A stretch of 64,000 bases of DNA from an uncultured delta proteobacterium (GCA_963808235.1 CAWEEQ010000004.1:2880001-2944000); one strand, 5' to 3'; shown: positions 9,062-19,981, counted from the stretch's first letter. Numbers and translations: made by a program. The notes: generated from the sequence alone by a model not told the origin.

Positions 9062-10810
9062 TCAGAGCATCGGCACCACCGGGCAGTAGGCGGCGCTGAT
9101 CATGCCGTGACCGGTTAGTGCGGCGCGAATCAGGGCGATAACCGGCTCGACAATTCGGGCTGACGGCGTCTCGGTCATCGCGGCGGCCAACTGGCCGCTG
9201 AGCAACGTTTTCAGGAGTCCCGGCTGCTCCGGCAATTCGACGATTCCAACCTGCTGATCGGGCCCGAGGCGCGCGAGCGCCCTGGTCGCCGCCATCGCGT
9301 CGTCGAAGCCGCCGAGCGAGTCGACCAACTTATTTTTCAGCGCCTGCTCGCCGGTCCAGACCCGTCCCTGCGCAACCGCGTCGGCCTGCTGAACGCTGAG
9401 GTGACGGCTGGCCGCGACCAATTTGAGGAAGTACGCGTAGGTATCGCCAAGAATCTGATCGTGGAACATCTTTGATTGCGCGGGAGTGAAGTCGGTCCAC
9501 ATGTCGAACATCTCGACGTTGGCGCCGCGGGTCACGGCGCCGGAGTTCACGAATATTTTCTGGGTCGCGGGCGAGACGTTGAATTTGCCGCCCAGCACTC
9601 CGATCGAACCGGTGATCGTACCGGGCTCGGCGATGATCCTAGCCGCCGGCGTCGATACCCAGTATCCGCCCGATGCGCCGTAGCCCGACATGCTGACGAC
9701 CACTGGCTTGGTTTTCGCGGTAAGCTCGACCTCGCGGCGGATAAGTTCCGATGCGATTACCGATCCTCCGGGTGAATTGACCCTGAAGATTACGCCGCGA
9801 ACGGAGTCGTTCTCACGGGCGGATTTGAACGCCTCGACCATGTCGTCGGAGGTCATCGCGGCGCTGCCCGGCGTCGAGAAGGGGTTGAGGCCCTCGCTGC
9901 CGCGCTGGATCGCGCCGTCGCCATAGATCACGGCGATCTGGTTTTGCGCGCCGCCGATAGAGCTGAACAGGCTCGCGCGCGCGTAGTTGGAATAGTCTAC
10001 GATCGCATGATTGGTGCCGCCATGATCTTTCACGCGGTCGTCGAATTGATCTTCGTACTCGAGGCGATCGACCAGATGGGCCTCGAGCCCGGCCTCGGCG
10101 TTGAGCGGCGCCTGATCGATCAGAGTCTTCACCGTGTCGGGATTCAGGCGGCGCTCGGCCGCGGTGGTGGCGACGATTTGATCGTACATGCTGCCGACCA
10201 GCTCTTCGTCTTCTTGCTTTTGCGGGGCCGTAAAGTCCTTGTTGGTGAACATGTTGGCCGCGCTCTTGTATTGGCCCATCGAGGCGAAGTTGGGCGTGAT
10301 TCCGAGCCAGTCCAGGGTGCCGCGGGTGAACAACTCGCGCACGCCGACTCCGACCAGATTGAGTTCGCCCTGCGGCATCAGCGAGACCTCATCGGCGGCG
10401 CTCGCGACGATGTACGACAGGTTGCCGGGATCGGATTCGCCGGCGGTCTCGATATAGGCGGTGGTCCATTTGCCGTGACTCTTGAAGGACTTGATCAGCG
10501 CGGCAATTTCCTGCGCCTGCGCCAATTCCATCGCGGGATCGATCACCTTTATTTCCATGCCCACGATATGCGGGTCTTTCGCGCCCCGGTTGATCGCCCA
10601 GCGGAGCAGGTTGAGCGGCGTCTGGTGAGTATTCAGGATGCCGAGAACTCCGGCGCCGCCGCGCTCGACGGTCTGTCCTTTAAGCTCGACGTTAAGGACC
10701 GAGTCGGGCTGGATGCGATGCGAGATCTGATCGGAGATAACGGCAATCAGCAGCAGTACGACGAGCACGATCACGGCTCGGAAAATCCATCGAAAAAGCC
10801 TTCTCAGCAT
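9062..10810 (-). CDS. sppA: Signal peptide peptidase SppA (protease IV, long form)
   Basis: GQYKSAA, RVNSPGGS, GASGGYW, TITGSIGV, VAQGRVWTG. Confidence 0.95.
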   Translation of the reverse strand: MLRRLFRWIFRAVIVLVVLLLIAVISDQISHRIQPDSVLNVELKGQTVERGGAGVLGILNTHQTPLNLLRWAINRGAKDPHIVGMEIKVIDPAMELAQAQEIAALIKSFKSHGKWTTAYIETAGESDPGNLSYIVASAADEVSLMPQGELNLVGVGVRELFTRGTLDWLGITPNFASMGQYKSAANMFTNKDFTAPQKQEDEELVGSMYDQIVATTAAERRLNPDTVKTLIDQAPLNAEAGLEAHLVDRLEYEDQFDDRVKDHGGTNHAIVDYSNYARASLFSSIGGAQNQIAVIYGDGAIQRGSEGLNPFSTPGSAAMTSDDMVEAFKSARENDSVRGVIFRVNSPGGSVIASELIRREVELTAKTKPVVVSMSGYGASGGYWVSTPAARIIAEPGTITGSIGVLGGKFNVSPATQKIFVNSGAVTRGANVEMFDMWTDFTPAQSKMFHDQILGDTYAYFLKLVAASRHLSVQQADAVAQGRVWTGEQALKNKLVDSLGGFDDAMAATRALARLGPDQQVGIVELPEQPGLLKTLLSGQLAAAMTETPSARIVEPVIALIRAALTGHGMISAAYCPVVPML

Positions 10811-10915
10811 TCACTCCTCCAGGGGGGTTGCCAGTGGATAATGCGGTGCGCGACCCAGGTTCGATTCGTATTATCTTGACAGCCACGAGCCGCTTACCCA
10901 ACCATAGCCGATTCC

Positions 10916-12200
10916 ATGGAACCAGTCGCCAAATCGCAACCATCGAGGCAGCGCACTGCCGACGCCGGCGATGCGATGCTGATGAACGAGCGGGAGCCGG
11001 GCGCGATTCATGCGCGAATCGTCGCGCTCGCTTTCGCGGCATGGATCTTCGACTTTTACGATCTGATCCTTTATTCATTCCTGCTCGTTCCGGTCGCGCG
11101 CGAACTGCATTTGACGCGGGCGGAGTCGTCGCTTGCCCTGGGAACATCGCTTCTTGATGACGGCGCTCGGCGGAATAATTTTCGGCTTCATGGGCGATCG
11201 CTTCGGGCGCAAGCCGATGATCGCAATCACGGTCGCAATCTACGGCGTCGGCACCGCGCTGTGCGGCTTCAGTCACAATCTGGCTGAGCTCATCGTGTTT
11301 CGATCGATCACCGGGCTCGGAATGGGCGGCGGATGGGCGCCCGGGCAAAGTCTCGTCGCGGAGAGCGTGCCCGCGGATCGGCGCGCGCGATACGCAGCCT
11401 ACGTGCAGACCGGCGCTCCGCTAGGAGTGCTGCTCGCGGCGGCGGCGGGCGGCTATCTCGCGCCGCAAATCGGATGGCGCGCGACGTTCATGATTTCCGC
11501 GCTGCCCGCGCTGTTCGTGGTGGCCGCGGTGCTCAGGTGGATGCCGGAGAGCGATGTGTGGAAGCGCACTCGCGCCGGTAATCGTCGCGGCGTCGACGTG
11601 AGCGCGATTCTCGCGCATCGGCGAATCTTCGCGCTGCTATTCGTGATCGTACTACTCAACTCGGAAGCGTACTGGTTCACCTACACGTGGATGCCCGGAT
11701 ACCTGGAGCTGAAACGCGGACTCACCGCATCCGCCGCGAGCCGGCTGATGATCAAGATGCAAATCGGCGGAGTGCTCGGCTACCTGACCTTCGGCCTGGT
11801 CGCCGATCGAATCGGGCGGCGCCCGGCTTTTTGCATATATGGATTGCTGATGGCGGCGGGCACGATTCCCTCGACGATATTGTGGGACTGGGCGGTAATG
11901 GCACCGGGCATGGTCTCGGCTGCGATGGTCGCCGCGGGATTCGGCACCGGCATCTGGTCGGGCGTCGCGCCGATGATCTCCGAGATGATGCCGACGCGGA
12001 TTCGCAACACGTCGCTCGGGCTGCTGCTGAACGTGACCCGCGGTTTCCAATTCTTCACCCCGATCCTGATCACCGTGCTGAGCACGCGCCTGGGTTTCGG
12101 CGCGACGCTGTCGCTCGGCGCGATCTTCTCGACCCTAGGCGCCGCGATGGTCTGGCTGCTCCCCGAAACGCGCGGCACGTCGATCACCGCGATGGATTGA
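10916..12200 (+). CDS. MFS transporter, frameshift at about 11155
   Basis: WIFDFYD, then GFMGDRFGRKP, FRSITGLGMGG, ADRIGRR, LPETRG. Confidence 0.85.
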
Positions 12201-12398
12201 CGGTTACCGCGAAAGTGCGGCAGGTTCCGGGGCTGTCCTGCTGAAATCTGCGGGTCTGCGGTAGAGATTCAGACTCGACTGCTTGCGGGGGGCGCGGGGG
12301 TTGGGCTATGCGTACGTTGGTCCGTGGATCAGAAAACGGGAATCCCGGCAAACAAAAATCCGGGATCGATTGCAATCGGCGAGAGGTAGAATCCTCCA

Positions 12399-13157
12399 GT
12401 GCCAAACCGTCACCGACATAATGGATTCATTGGCGCGGCCGTGTTTCTAATGGCCGTCTGTGCGATGGCCGGTGCGAGCATGGCCCGAGCGCAGAGCGCC
12501 GCCGGTACCGTCTCCAGCGCAAGCGGTGGGATTCAGATCCAGCGCGGCACCGCGATCCTTGCTGCCAAGCCGGGTATGCCGGTCAACCAGGGCGACAGGA
12601 TCGGTTCCGGCGTGGAGGGCATCGCCCTCATCACCCTTAGCGATGGGAGCCAGCTGGAACTCAGACCTTCAACCGTTATCACGCTCGACCGGTATACCAG
12701 CGGTGGCCCCACGCCGACGCGGGTCGAGCTGACTGCCGGAGTATTGAAATCAGCAGTAAGGAAGACCGGCGGAGCACCTGCCGACTACCAAGTGCATACG
12801 CCCAACGCGATCGTGACAGCGCGCGGCACGGTCTTTTACACCTCCTACACTTCAAGTTCGCCTCAACTCGGCAACCTCCCCGGAGTCTCCCACTACACGG
12901 AAGTGGCCGTACTCGATGGCACTGTCAACCTGGCGCAGGCTGCAGCGCCTGACAGCGGCGTTGAAGTGGCGCAAGGAACGACGGGGACGGTGGCGGGTGG
13001 CAATGCGCCAGAGGGACACAAACGAAAATTTCCGACGTGCTCCTCGCCGCCTACTTCAGTCGATCAGTGCAAAGATGGCGGCTGGCGGAATTTCGGTAGT
13101 TGTGAGTTCAAGAACCAGGGCCAGTGCGTCAGTTTTGTCCGGCACGAACAACACTGA
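12399..13157 (+). CDS. Secreted FecR-domain protein
   Basis: Signal peptide; LSDGSQLEL, VHTPNAIVTARGT, VAVLDGTV; C-terminal Cys module DQCKDGGW..FKNQGQCVS. Confidence 0.8.
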   Translation: MPNRHRHNGFIGAAVFLMAVCAMAGASMARAQSAAGTVSSASGGIQIQRGTAILAAKPGMPVNQGDRIGSGVEGIALITLSDGSQLELRPSTVITLDRYTSGGPTPTRVELTAGVLKSAVRKTGGAPADYQVHTPNAIVTARGTVFYTSYTSSSPQLGNLPGVSHYTEVAVLDGTVNLAQAAAPDSGVEVAQGTTGTVAGGNAPEGHKRKFPTCSSPPTSVDQCKDGGWRNFGSCEFKNQGQCVSFVRHEQH

Positions 13158-13257
13158 ATGAACCGCCGGTAATAGAACCTTCTGACTTCGACCTTGGGCC
13201 GGAGACTGACCGTGATAGAGCCGAAACCAACATTTGGCCGCAGAGGAATAGTCACCG

Positions 13258-15366
13258 ATGCACTGGCGCAAGCGAGGCATCTTTCGGGTTGCCGGAATCG
13301 GCATTTTCGGATCGTTGCTGCTGGCGATATGTTGGTCGGTCACAAACGCGCCGCTCGATGTCTCGAACGCGCAAGAAGAATCACCTAATTTCGAAAAGAT
13401 CAGTCAGCGCAAGCGCGCGAGCATCTCGGCGGGCGGGCTTGAAGCTCCGGAAATCGAAAGTAGCCTCGGGGAAAACCTGCTCGTCAATGGCGACTTCTCC
13501 AGGGGGTTGGAGGGTTGGCGCGCATCGGCGCGTTGTTTCCGTCCTGACTCTTCGACTCGCGCCCCCAACGGAAAACCAAGCCTGAAGATCGAGAACCCCG
13601 ACTCGTGTGCGCCGTCCGGGGAGCTGGCGGTGAACGAGTTCGTGGCTCCGCCCGGCGTCTATTCGATCGGGGGAGAGATCAAAACACCGGATCTCACCGA
13701 CCAGAAGAGGCAGGTCGTCGGAGCGCAGATGGACTTGTTCACGGACTGCGAGACAGAATTGGTGAACGGCACGGCCGGCTGGCAAAAGCTCATCGGTAAG
13801 CACTGCATCGTTGCGCCCGGCACCCGTGCCCCCTTCCAGCTCGGAATCAATGGCAAGACATCCGGCGGCACCTGGTTCGCCAACATGTACGTGCGAAGGG
13901 AAATCGCTCCTCTGTTCCGGACTTTCATGTTGTATCCGAACTATCGCGGATACCTCTTTGCCGACCAGGCGCAGGAAGTGCGAGCGGCAGTGACCCTCAA
14001 TCGAGGTCCTGACCTGCGCCGCGAAGATTTGGTCTTTGAGTTCGAAGCGGTCCGCACTGGTTCGGGCGCAAAAACCGATCATACCTACAAGGCGCCCGCT
14101 GATGACTTCACGGCAACGCTGGATTTTCGCCCGCTGCCCGCCGGCGTTTACGAGGTGCGCGGAAAGCTTTTGGGCAAGAATGGAGCGGTACTTTTCGAGC
14201 AGCCGCCCTACCGGGTGGTGAAGGTTAGTTCAGAGGCCACTGCCTTCTTGAAAGCGTGGATTGACGATCGCAATCTCGCGCATTTCGGTGATGGCGGGCC
14301 CCATTTGGTAATTGGAATCTACGACACTTCGAACTATTACAACCTGGCGCAACCATACTCACGCGCGGTCAACGAGATTTCCCAGGCGTCGATCAACATG
14401 ATGATAAATTATTTCATCACCAATGCGCCGATCAGAGCTATCAACGCCTATACGGATGAATTGCAAAAGCACGGCATCTTCTTTTTGCCGACCGTCAATA
14501 ACTTCTATGAGGACGACCGGAACTACCCAAAGGGATTGGCGGCCAAGCTGGACGCCTCGACGGAAACTGATTTCATGGCGCGATATGCCGACGCTCTCGA
14601 AGAGAACCGGGCGGTTGCCGGCTACTATGTCCAGGATGAACCGAAGGTTGACCAGGTCGCGCGCACCTTCCATCAATATCAAGTCATCAAGGCCAACGAT
14701 CCGGGCGGATTCAATTTGACCGTTCTCGACCGTCCGCACGATGTCCAGTTTTGGAAGGATGCGGTGGACGTCGTCGGGGTCGATCCCTATCCGGTGTGGC
14801 TACCCGTCGAAAACTACACTGCTGAAGTGGGCGATTGGACCAGGATGGCGGTGGATGCAGTCCATGCTTCCAGACCGGTCTGGACGGTCATCCAGTTTTT
14901 CCAGGCGGACGCGATATCCTCCTGGCCGACGGAACAGCAACTGCATGATATGAGCTGGATGGCGATCGCGGAGGGCGCAACCGGAGTTTTCTACTGGTCG
15001 CACGGGATGCGTGCGCTCGGGTGGGTGAAGGATCCGGCGGAAAAGGCGGCGCTTTGGGGGACGTTGGTCCGGGTGACCAAAGAGATCAAGGATCTAGAAC
15101 CGGTACTGCTGCGGCCCGATACGCAGGTCCTTAGCGCCAAGCCATCTGAGGACATAGTCACCCGCGAGAAGACCGGTGCGGACGGTGCCCGTTATGTGAT
15201 CGCCTACAATCATAACAGTGGTGCGTCGCAGGCCCAGTTCGTCCTGCAATCTCCCGCGCGATCGGTGACGATCCGGCGCGGAATGGTCAAAATAGAAATC
15301 AAGGATGGCAAGACTTTCGAGGATCAGTTTGACGGCTACGAAGCGAAAGTCTACGAAATCCGCTAG
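13258..15366 (+). CDS. Secreted glycoside-hydrolase-like protein with a CBM-like N-terminal domain
   Basis: N-terminal TM, NLLVNGDFS (CBM4/9-like), AGYYVQDEP, DVVGVDPYP, GATGVFYW barrel motifs. Confidence 0.65.
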   Translation: MHWRKRGIFRVAGIGIFGSLLLAICWSVTNAPLDVSNAQEESPNFEKISQRKRASISAGGLEAPEIESSLGENLLVNGDFSRGLEGWRASARCFRPDSSTRAPNGKPSLKIENPDSCAPSGELAVNEFVAPPGVYSIGGEIKTPDLTDQKRQVVGAQMDLFTDCETELVNGTAGWQKLIGKHCIVAPGTRAPFQLGINGKTSGGTWFANMYVRREIAPLFRTFMLYPNYRGYLFADQAQEVRAAVTLNRGPDLRREDLVFEFEAVRTGSGAKTDHTYKAPADDFTATLDFRPLPAGVYEVRGKLLGKNGAVLFEQPPYRVVKVSSEATAFLKAWIDDRNLAHFGDGGPHLVIGIYDTSNYYNLAQPYSRAVNEISQASINMMINYFITNAPIRAINAYTDELQKHGIFFLPTVNNFYEDDRNYPKGLAAKLDASTETDFMARYADALEENRAVAGYYVQDEPKVDQVARTFHQYQVIKANDPGGFNLTVLDRPHDVQFWKDAVDVVGVDPYPVWLPVENYTAEVGDWTRMAVDAVHASRPVWTVIQFFQADAISSWPTEQQLHDMSWMAIAEGATGVFYWSHGMRALGWVKDPAEKAALWGTLVRVTKEIKDLEPVLLRPDTQVLSAKPSEDIVTREKTGADGARYVIAYNHNSGASQAQFVLQSPARSVTIRRGMVKIEIKDGKTFEDQFDGYEAKVYEIR

Positions 15367-15389
15367 GGTGCTTCATCGCGGCGCTGCCT

Positions 15390-17174
15390 TCAATCCCCGG
15401 CGCCTGCTTCGATCAACACGGTGAGGCTGTCGTTTCCTTCGTTGGAAACCCAGACGTTTCCCAAGTCGTCAATCGCGATGCCGTAGGGTCGATTCATCCC
15501 GACGCCGGAGAAACTCGACGCCGAGAACATATTCCTGTGCACGGTAGTGCTTCGGCTATCGAAGTACTCCTGAAGTTCGGTCACGCTATTCGAATTCCGG
15601 GCGTGGTTGGCTACCCATGCATTTCCGCCGCCGTCGCATGCGATGTCTTCCGGCTCGGCCAAGCCGAGGCCGTGAAACGGCGAGCCCAGCAGCGGCGTCA
15701 CGCCATGCTCGGAATCGTTGAACGCGGTGACGCTGCTGTTCGCTCGATTGGTGATCCAGGTTTCAGTCCTGCCGCGGAAACACCTGACCATGTGCGCCGG
15801 CTCCGCCAGACCAAGACGCACCGTTCCACCGTTCACGTCGCTCAGCGTTCCGAGCAGCTTCGCCTCGTCGCATCGCGCATAGTCAGGCTGCTTCACAACG
15901 ACGATCTCGTCGGCGCCGGCGTTGGCGATGCAGAGGTCGCCGCCAAGGACAAAGCAACTCGTCATTCCTTCCGCGTCCTTCAAGCCCAGACTGTTCGATG
16001 GCTTTCCGCAGGGAGTGCCGTCGCTCTTCAGAAAAATCAGTTTGTCATCGACCAGCCAGGCCGAGGGTTGCGAGAACCATCCGGGCGGCTTGGGCCGGTC
16101 TTCGCTCCCGTAATCAAGACCCCGCGGCTGAAACCAGAATGCGATCGGACCCTTTCTCAGCGATCCCGGGAGTCTGCGCTCTGCGAGCACAGGCGCGGTG
16201 AGATCCTTGGGATCCGTGCTGATTTCCACGAGACTGTTGTTGCCGCGATTGAGAATCCACAGCGTGCGATCGCCCCAATCGGCGAGTATCTGGGTTGGAC
16301 GATGGAGACCGAGATTTCCGAAGTTGAGCGACAGGAGCCATCCAGTGGGAGGGTGATCGAGCACCGGTGTGTATGGCCGCTCCTTCGGCAGCAGCGCATA
16401 AGCCGAGGATTGCCCATGGCCCCATGTTGACGCGAGGTTCTCGATGGCGTCCATCGTGTTTTGCGGTTTTTGATTCCAGCGCTGCAAAGTCGCCGCCTTG
16501 AACAGCGCGTCACATACGTCTGAGCCTCTACCCGTTGAGGTCACGCATCCGTGCAGAATGTCGGCCAAGGTGTTGACCAGTGCGGGGCTATTGGCGCCGC
16601 GATCAAACACCGGTCGAAGGCGGCCTGTGACGGGGTCCACAAGCTGGCGCGCCAGTACGAAGCGCTCATTTGTCGGAGCGATGCCCCCTAGCGTTAGCGT
16701 ATTCAGCGGGAAAGCGGCGACCACGGTTGTCAGCTCGTTGATGATCACATGGCCTTCGGACGGAACGGTCCCCATCGCAGTAGTCAGCTTGATAGCAGGG
16801 TTGTTGCCCTTGCCAACGTCGCCACCGCTGGCAACCAGATACAAGCTGCCGGCCCGCGGCTCTTGCTCTCGTTCCTCGGTGCTCGACGATTTCATCCTGT
16901 CGAGGATTTTTGCGTGCGCCTTGGAGAGATCGAGCGAGAACCGGCCCTCGGCGTCGGTGGTAGTTTCCTCGACGGATTTCGAAACCGAAACGCACGGGTC
17001 AGGAACGCACGTTTCGACTGTCCCATAGAGCGCAACTGTCGCGCGTGCGATCGGAATCGTCCCGGCGAGGACCCGGCCCGTGAGGATTTGGCCGGTGCCG
17101 ACGTTCGCACGCGAGGAACTTAGAGCGATGGCAAGGAGCGCGGCTCCCGCTACGTAACATGCCGCTCGCATCAC
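15390..17174 (-). CDS. Secreted NHL/beta-propeller repeat protein
   Basis: Signal peptide; INELTTV; PEDIACDGGGNAWVAN and PYGIAIDDLGNVWVSN repeats. Confidence 0.8.
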   Translation of the reverse strand: MMRAACYVAGAALLAIALSSSRANVGTGQILTGRVLAGTIPIARATVALYGTVETCVPDPCVSVSKSVEETTTDAEGRFSLDLSKAHAKILDRMKSSSTEEREQEPRAGSLYLVASGGDVGKGNNPAIKLTTAMGTVPSEGHVIINELTTVVAAFPLNTLTLGGIAPTNERFVLARQLVDPVTGRLRPVFDRGANSPALVNTLADILHGCVTSTGRGSDVCDALFKAATLQRWNQKPQNTMDAIENLASTWGHGQSSAYALLPKERPYTPVLDHPPTGWLLSLNFGNLGLHRPTQILADWGDRTLWILNRGNNSLVEISTDPKDLTAPVLAERRLPGSLRKGPIAFWFQPRGLDYGSEDRPKPPGWFSQPSAWLVDDKLIFLKSDGTPCGKPSNSLGLKDAEGMTSCFVLGGDLCIANAGADEIVVVKQPDYARCDEAKLLGTLSDVNGGTVRLGLAEPAHMVRCFRGRTETWITNRANSSVTAFNDSEHGVTPLLGSPFHGLGLAEPEDIACDGGGNAWVANHARNSNSVTELQEYFDSRSTTVHRNMFSASSFSGVGMNRPYGIAIDDLGNVWVSNEGNDSLTVLIEAGAGD

Positions 17175-17202
17175 TAGAGCTCGTTCACTCGCCGAGCCGA
17201 GG

Positions 17203-19212
17203 CTACGGGGAGCTGCCCAGGGGTTTGTGATCGACTGTGGAGTCGTCGAGGTAGGCTTCGTCGCCGACGAAAGTTACGCGGATTGTTGTGATCGCCTCGA
17301 CGCCCGGCAGCATCAGATCCGCCGTCATCGTTTGCGTATGCGAGCCGCCTGCTGCGTGACGGCCGTCGGTGAGCGCCTCGGCCATCGCGCGTCCGGTCGG
17401 CACGATTCCGCCGGAACCGATGTTGGGCAGAGTTCCGAGAATCTGCGTGATGGTCGGCGCGACGTCGATATTCGCGGTGGGATTCAGATCGACGAATCCG
17501 CGCCGAAAGTCCGGACCGGCCGCGGCGCAGAAGTTGTGAATCTCGCGCGCGCCGGCCGCGCCATGCATCCCCATCCCGGTGGTGAAAGTCTGGCCGGTGC
17601 CGGTGTCGGCGTACATCAGTCCTTTTACCGGATGCACCAACTCGGCGGATTTGTTGCGGGTCGAGACTTGTCCGATCTGGCCGATCAGAAATGCGGGATT
17701 GGCCGGTCCGGTCAGACCCTTGTTGTCGGAGTTGGGTTCCTCGCGAAATGAAATCACCAGGTCGGGTGAGCGGGCGGCGTTGTAAAGACCGACGATGCGC
17801 TGGCTGAAGGTTCCGTCGATCCAACCCAGATACGCTTTCGGCGCGCGCCTGTGCACGCGGCCGCGATGATCGGTCTCCTCGACTGTTTCCGCGGGCTCGC
17901 GCGAAAAGATAGAGCCGCACCATTCCTGCGCCTCGGCGAAGTTAACGATCTTTTGGAGCATCGCACGGCGCGATTCCATGGTGGGAAAATCCGTCGGCGA
18001 AAGATAAACGAGATCGGCGCCGCCGTTGGGAGCGACGATGATATCGGTGCTGTCGGCGGATTTCTTGAGTCCCGCCGCGACCAGCATCTCGGAAAGCACG
18101 ACGCGAAACTTGATCGTCGCGAATCCGTGATCCGAGACGACCATCAGGTCGGTGCGATCGGCAATGCCGAGCGAATCGATCGCGGCGCGAACCCGCATCA
18201 GGTTGTTGTCGCACATGCCGAGCGCTTCTATCGCGGGCATCGTGCCCAGTCCCGCGATGTGCTGCGTCAAGTCGGGATTGTGCTGCCAGAAGACGATCAG
18301 CGCGGGCCGGCCCTGGTCCGCGGCGCGCTTGGCGGCGGGAAGTGCGTTCTCAACGACGAGGCGCGCGAAGTACAAGTCGCGCTCGCCGTCGCTTACGCCG
18401 GTCCGCGACTCGGAGGGCATCGCAGATTTTATCTTCGCCGCATCCGACGCGGGCTCCGCGAGATCGTCAGAGACGAACAGGTAGTCCTGATGCGGCTGGC
18501 CGAGCGAATCTTTTCCGTCAACGACCGACTCGATGCGATTATCGAACACCGAGGTCGGTCCCTGCTTGCCGACGACCGCGACATAGCCGCCCTCGCGCGC
18601 GATTTCTTGCGTGATCGTGTCGAGACCGAACAGCTTGCCTTTGAACCCGTTGGGCCCGTTCAAATCGACGATCGCCTTGGGCCCTTCCGCGAAAACCATC
18701 TGGCCGTTTGACGGCTTTGAAATCGTTGAAGTCGAAATTGTGGAATTCGTGGGGGCGCTTTCGGGCTGTGAGATTCCCGCCGGCGACATCCCCGGGGGCG
18801 ACATCTCGGTCGTCGGCGGGCCTCCGGGTTGGGCGGTGGCTGGCGGCGCACTGACAACGGCTACCGGCGCCGGAGCCGCGCCGGCCGCGAGATAAAACAC
18901 GTTGCCCTCGAGTCCGTTGATGCCGGGCGGCGCGCCGGTCGCAAGTGCGGTCGCGTTGACCATCGTGATGGTCGGGAAAATTGAATGGTGGCGGTCGAAG
19001 CGCACGCCCTCCCGCGCCATGCGGAAAAGATTCGGCGTGTCGCGCTGCGTGACCATATCGGGCCGGAGGCCATCCCAGACCATCAGGATCACGATCCGTC
19101 GTGCGCGATGTGAGCCGGAAACGTCCTGAGCGCGCAACGGCGTAGCCGCGAAGACAATCGCGACTGCGAATATAAAGCGAATCGATCGAACAAACATACG
19201 ATCGGTCATCAA
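17203..19212 (-). CDS. Alkaline phosphatase superfamily protein (nucleotide pyrophosphatase/phosphodiesterase)
   Basis: VWDGLRPD, FPTITMVN (catalytic Thr), PDLTQH, VSDHG, GMHG, NIDVAPTI. Confidence 0.9.
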   Translation of the reverse strand: MMTDRMFVRSIRFIFAVAIVFAATPLRAQDVSGSHRARRIVILMVWDGLRPDMVTQRDTPNLFRMAREGVRFDRHHSIFPTITMVNATALATGAPPGINGLEGNVFYLAAGAAPAPVAVVSAPPATAQPGGPPTTEMSPPGMSPAGISQPESAPTNSTISTSTISKPSNGQMVFAEGPKAIVDLNGPNGFKGKLFGLDTITQEIAREGGYVAVVGKQGPTSVFDNRIESVVDGKDSLGQPHQDYLFVSDDLAEPASDAAKIKSAMPSESRTGVSDGERDLYFARLVVENALPAAKRAADQGRPALIVFWQHNPDLTQHIAGLGTMPAIEALGMCDNNLMRVRAAIDSLGIADRTDLMVVSDHGFATIKFRVVLSEMLVAAGLKKSADSTDIIVAPNGGADLVYLSPTDFPTMESRRAMLQKIVNFAEAQEWCGSIFSREPAETVEETDHRGRVHRRAPKAYLGWIDGTFSQRIVGLYNAARSPDLVISFREEPNSDNKGLTGPANPAFLIGQIGQVSTRNKSAELVHPVKGLMYADTGTGQTFTTGMGMHGAAGAREIHNFCAAAGPDFRRGFVDLNPTANIDVAPTITQILGTLPNIGSGGIVPTGRAMAEALTDGRHAAGGSHTQTMTADLMLPGVEAITTIRVTFVGDEAYLDDSTVDHKPLGSSP

Positions 19213-19246
19213 AGCGGTCGGAAACCGATCGTGTCAATCGCCTTCG

Positions 19247-19546
19247 TTACGGATGCGGTGTGATCGCGATGATTGTCATTTGATCGGATTGCGGTCCGTA
19301 GAACCAGAATACCCTGAACGCCGCTGGTGTCTTGTTTTCGGCGTACGCCTCGAAAACCTTCTCGCCGTGCGGGCCGGCGAGCCTGGAGTATTCATGTGTT
19401 TGCAGACCCGGATGACGAGGATTGGTTTCCAGAAGCCCGAGTGTTTTCCGAACGGCGCGGAGTCGTTTTGCCGCGCCTGGATCGTTGGCCAGCTTCACAA
19501 GCATCGCATGTGCTTGTGGCGTGAAGAGCAATTTGAACTTCGCCAC
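19247..19546 (-). CDS. RelE/ParE-like toxin
   Basis: 99 aa, basic; NPRHPGLQTH, VFEAY, AFRVFWFYG, IIAITPHP. Confidence 0.7.
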   Translation of the reverse strand: MAKFKLLFTPQAHAMLVKLANDPGAAKRLRAVRKTLGLLETNPRHPGLQTHEYSRLAGPHGEKVFEAYAENKTPAAFRVFWFYGPQSDQMTIIAITPHP

Positions 19547-19557
19547 GCGCTGCTCTG

Positions 19558-19908
19558 CTATTCGATATCGTCATCCGCATGCCGCTCGAACGATCCCAGG
19601 CTCTTCAATTTGCCTTCGCGAGCTTCTTCCAGACCCTTGACCACCATCTTCAGCGCTTCAGGATTTCGATAGAGCCACAATTCGTGCATCGGCACGGAAA
19701 CCTCCGGCGAGAGCAATACCTGCCCGGCGTCGTTCACGAAGACGCCGAATCGGATTGAGCTTTCCAATTCGTCGCCGAGAATTTTGCTCAGGGACTCCCA
19801 TGCCCTCGTCAGGGAGACTCGCTTACGTTCGTCGAGTCCGACATCGCCGATCCGTTTGAAGCTTTCGTCCAACAGTATGTTGCGCAGTATGTTCCGTTTC
19901 CTTGACAC
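19558..19908 (-). CDS. Putative antitoxin (AbrB-like N-terminus, acidic C-terminus)
   Basis: LDERKRVSL, GQVLLSP, ELWLYRNPEALKMVVKGLEEAREGK and a DDDIE tail. Lies directly upstream of the toxin; GTG start inferred. Confidence 0.65.
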   Translation of the reverse strand: MSRKRNILRNILLDESFKRIGDVGLDERKRVSLTRAWESLSKILGDELESSIRFGVFVNDAGQVLLSPEVSVPMHELWLYRNPEALKMVVKGLEEAREGKLKSLGSFERHADDDIE

Positions 19909-19921
19909 GATCCCACAATAC

Positions 19922-19958
19922 CACAATGTACCATTGTGTCGCATGGGTATTACCCATG
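19922..19958. promoter_or_regulatory. Two palindromic operator candidates upstream of the TA pair
   Basis: CACAATG-TAC-CATTGTG (19922-19938) and CATGGGTA-T-TACCCATG (19942-19958). Confidence 0.55.
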
Positions 19959-19981
19959 GGAAACGTGAAAAAGATAAGAAA

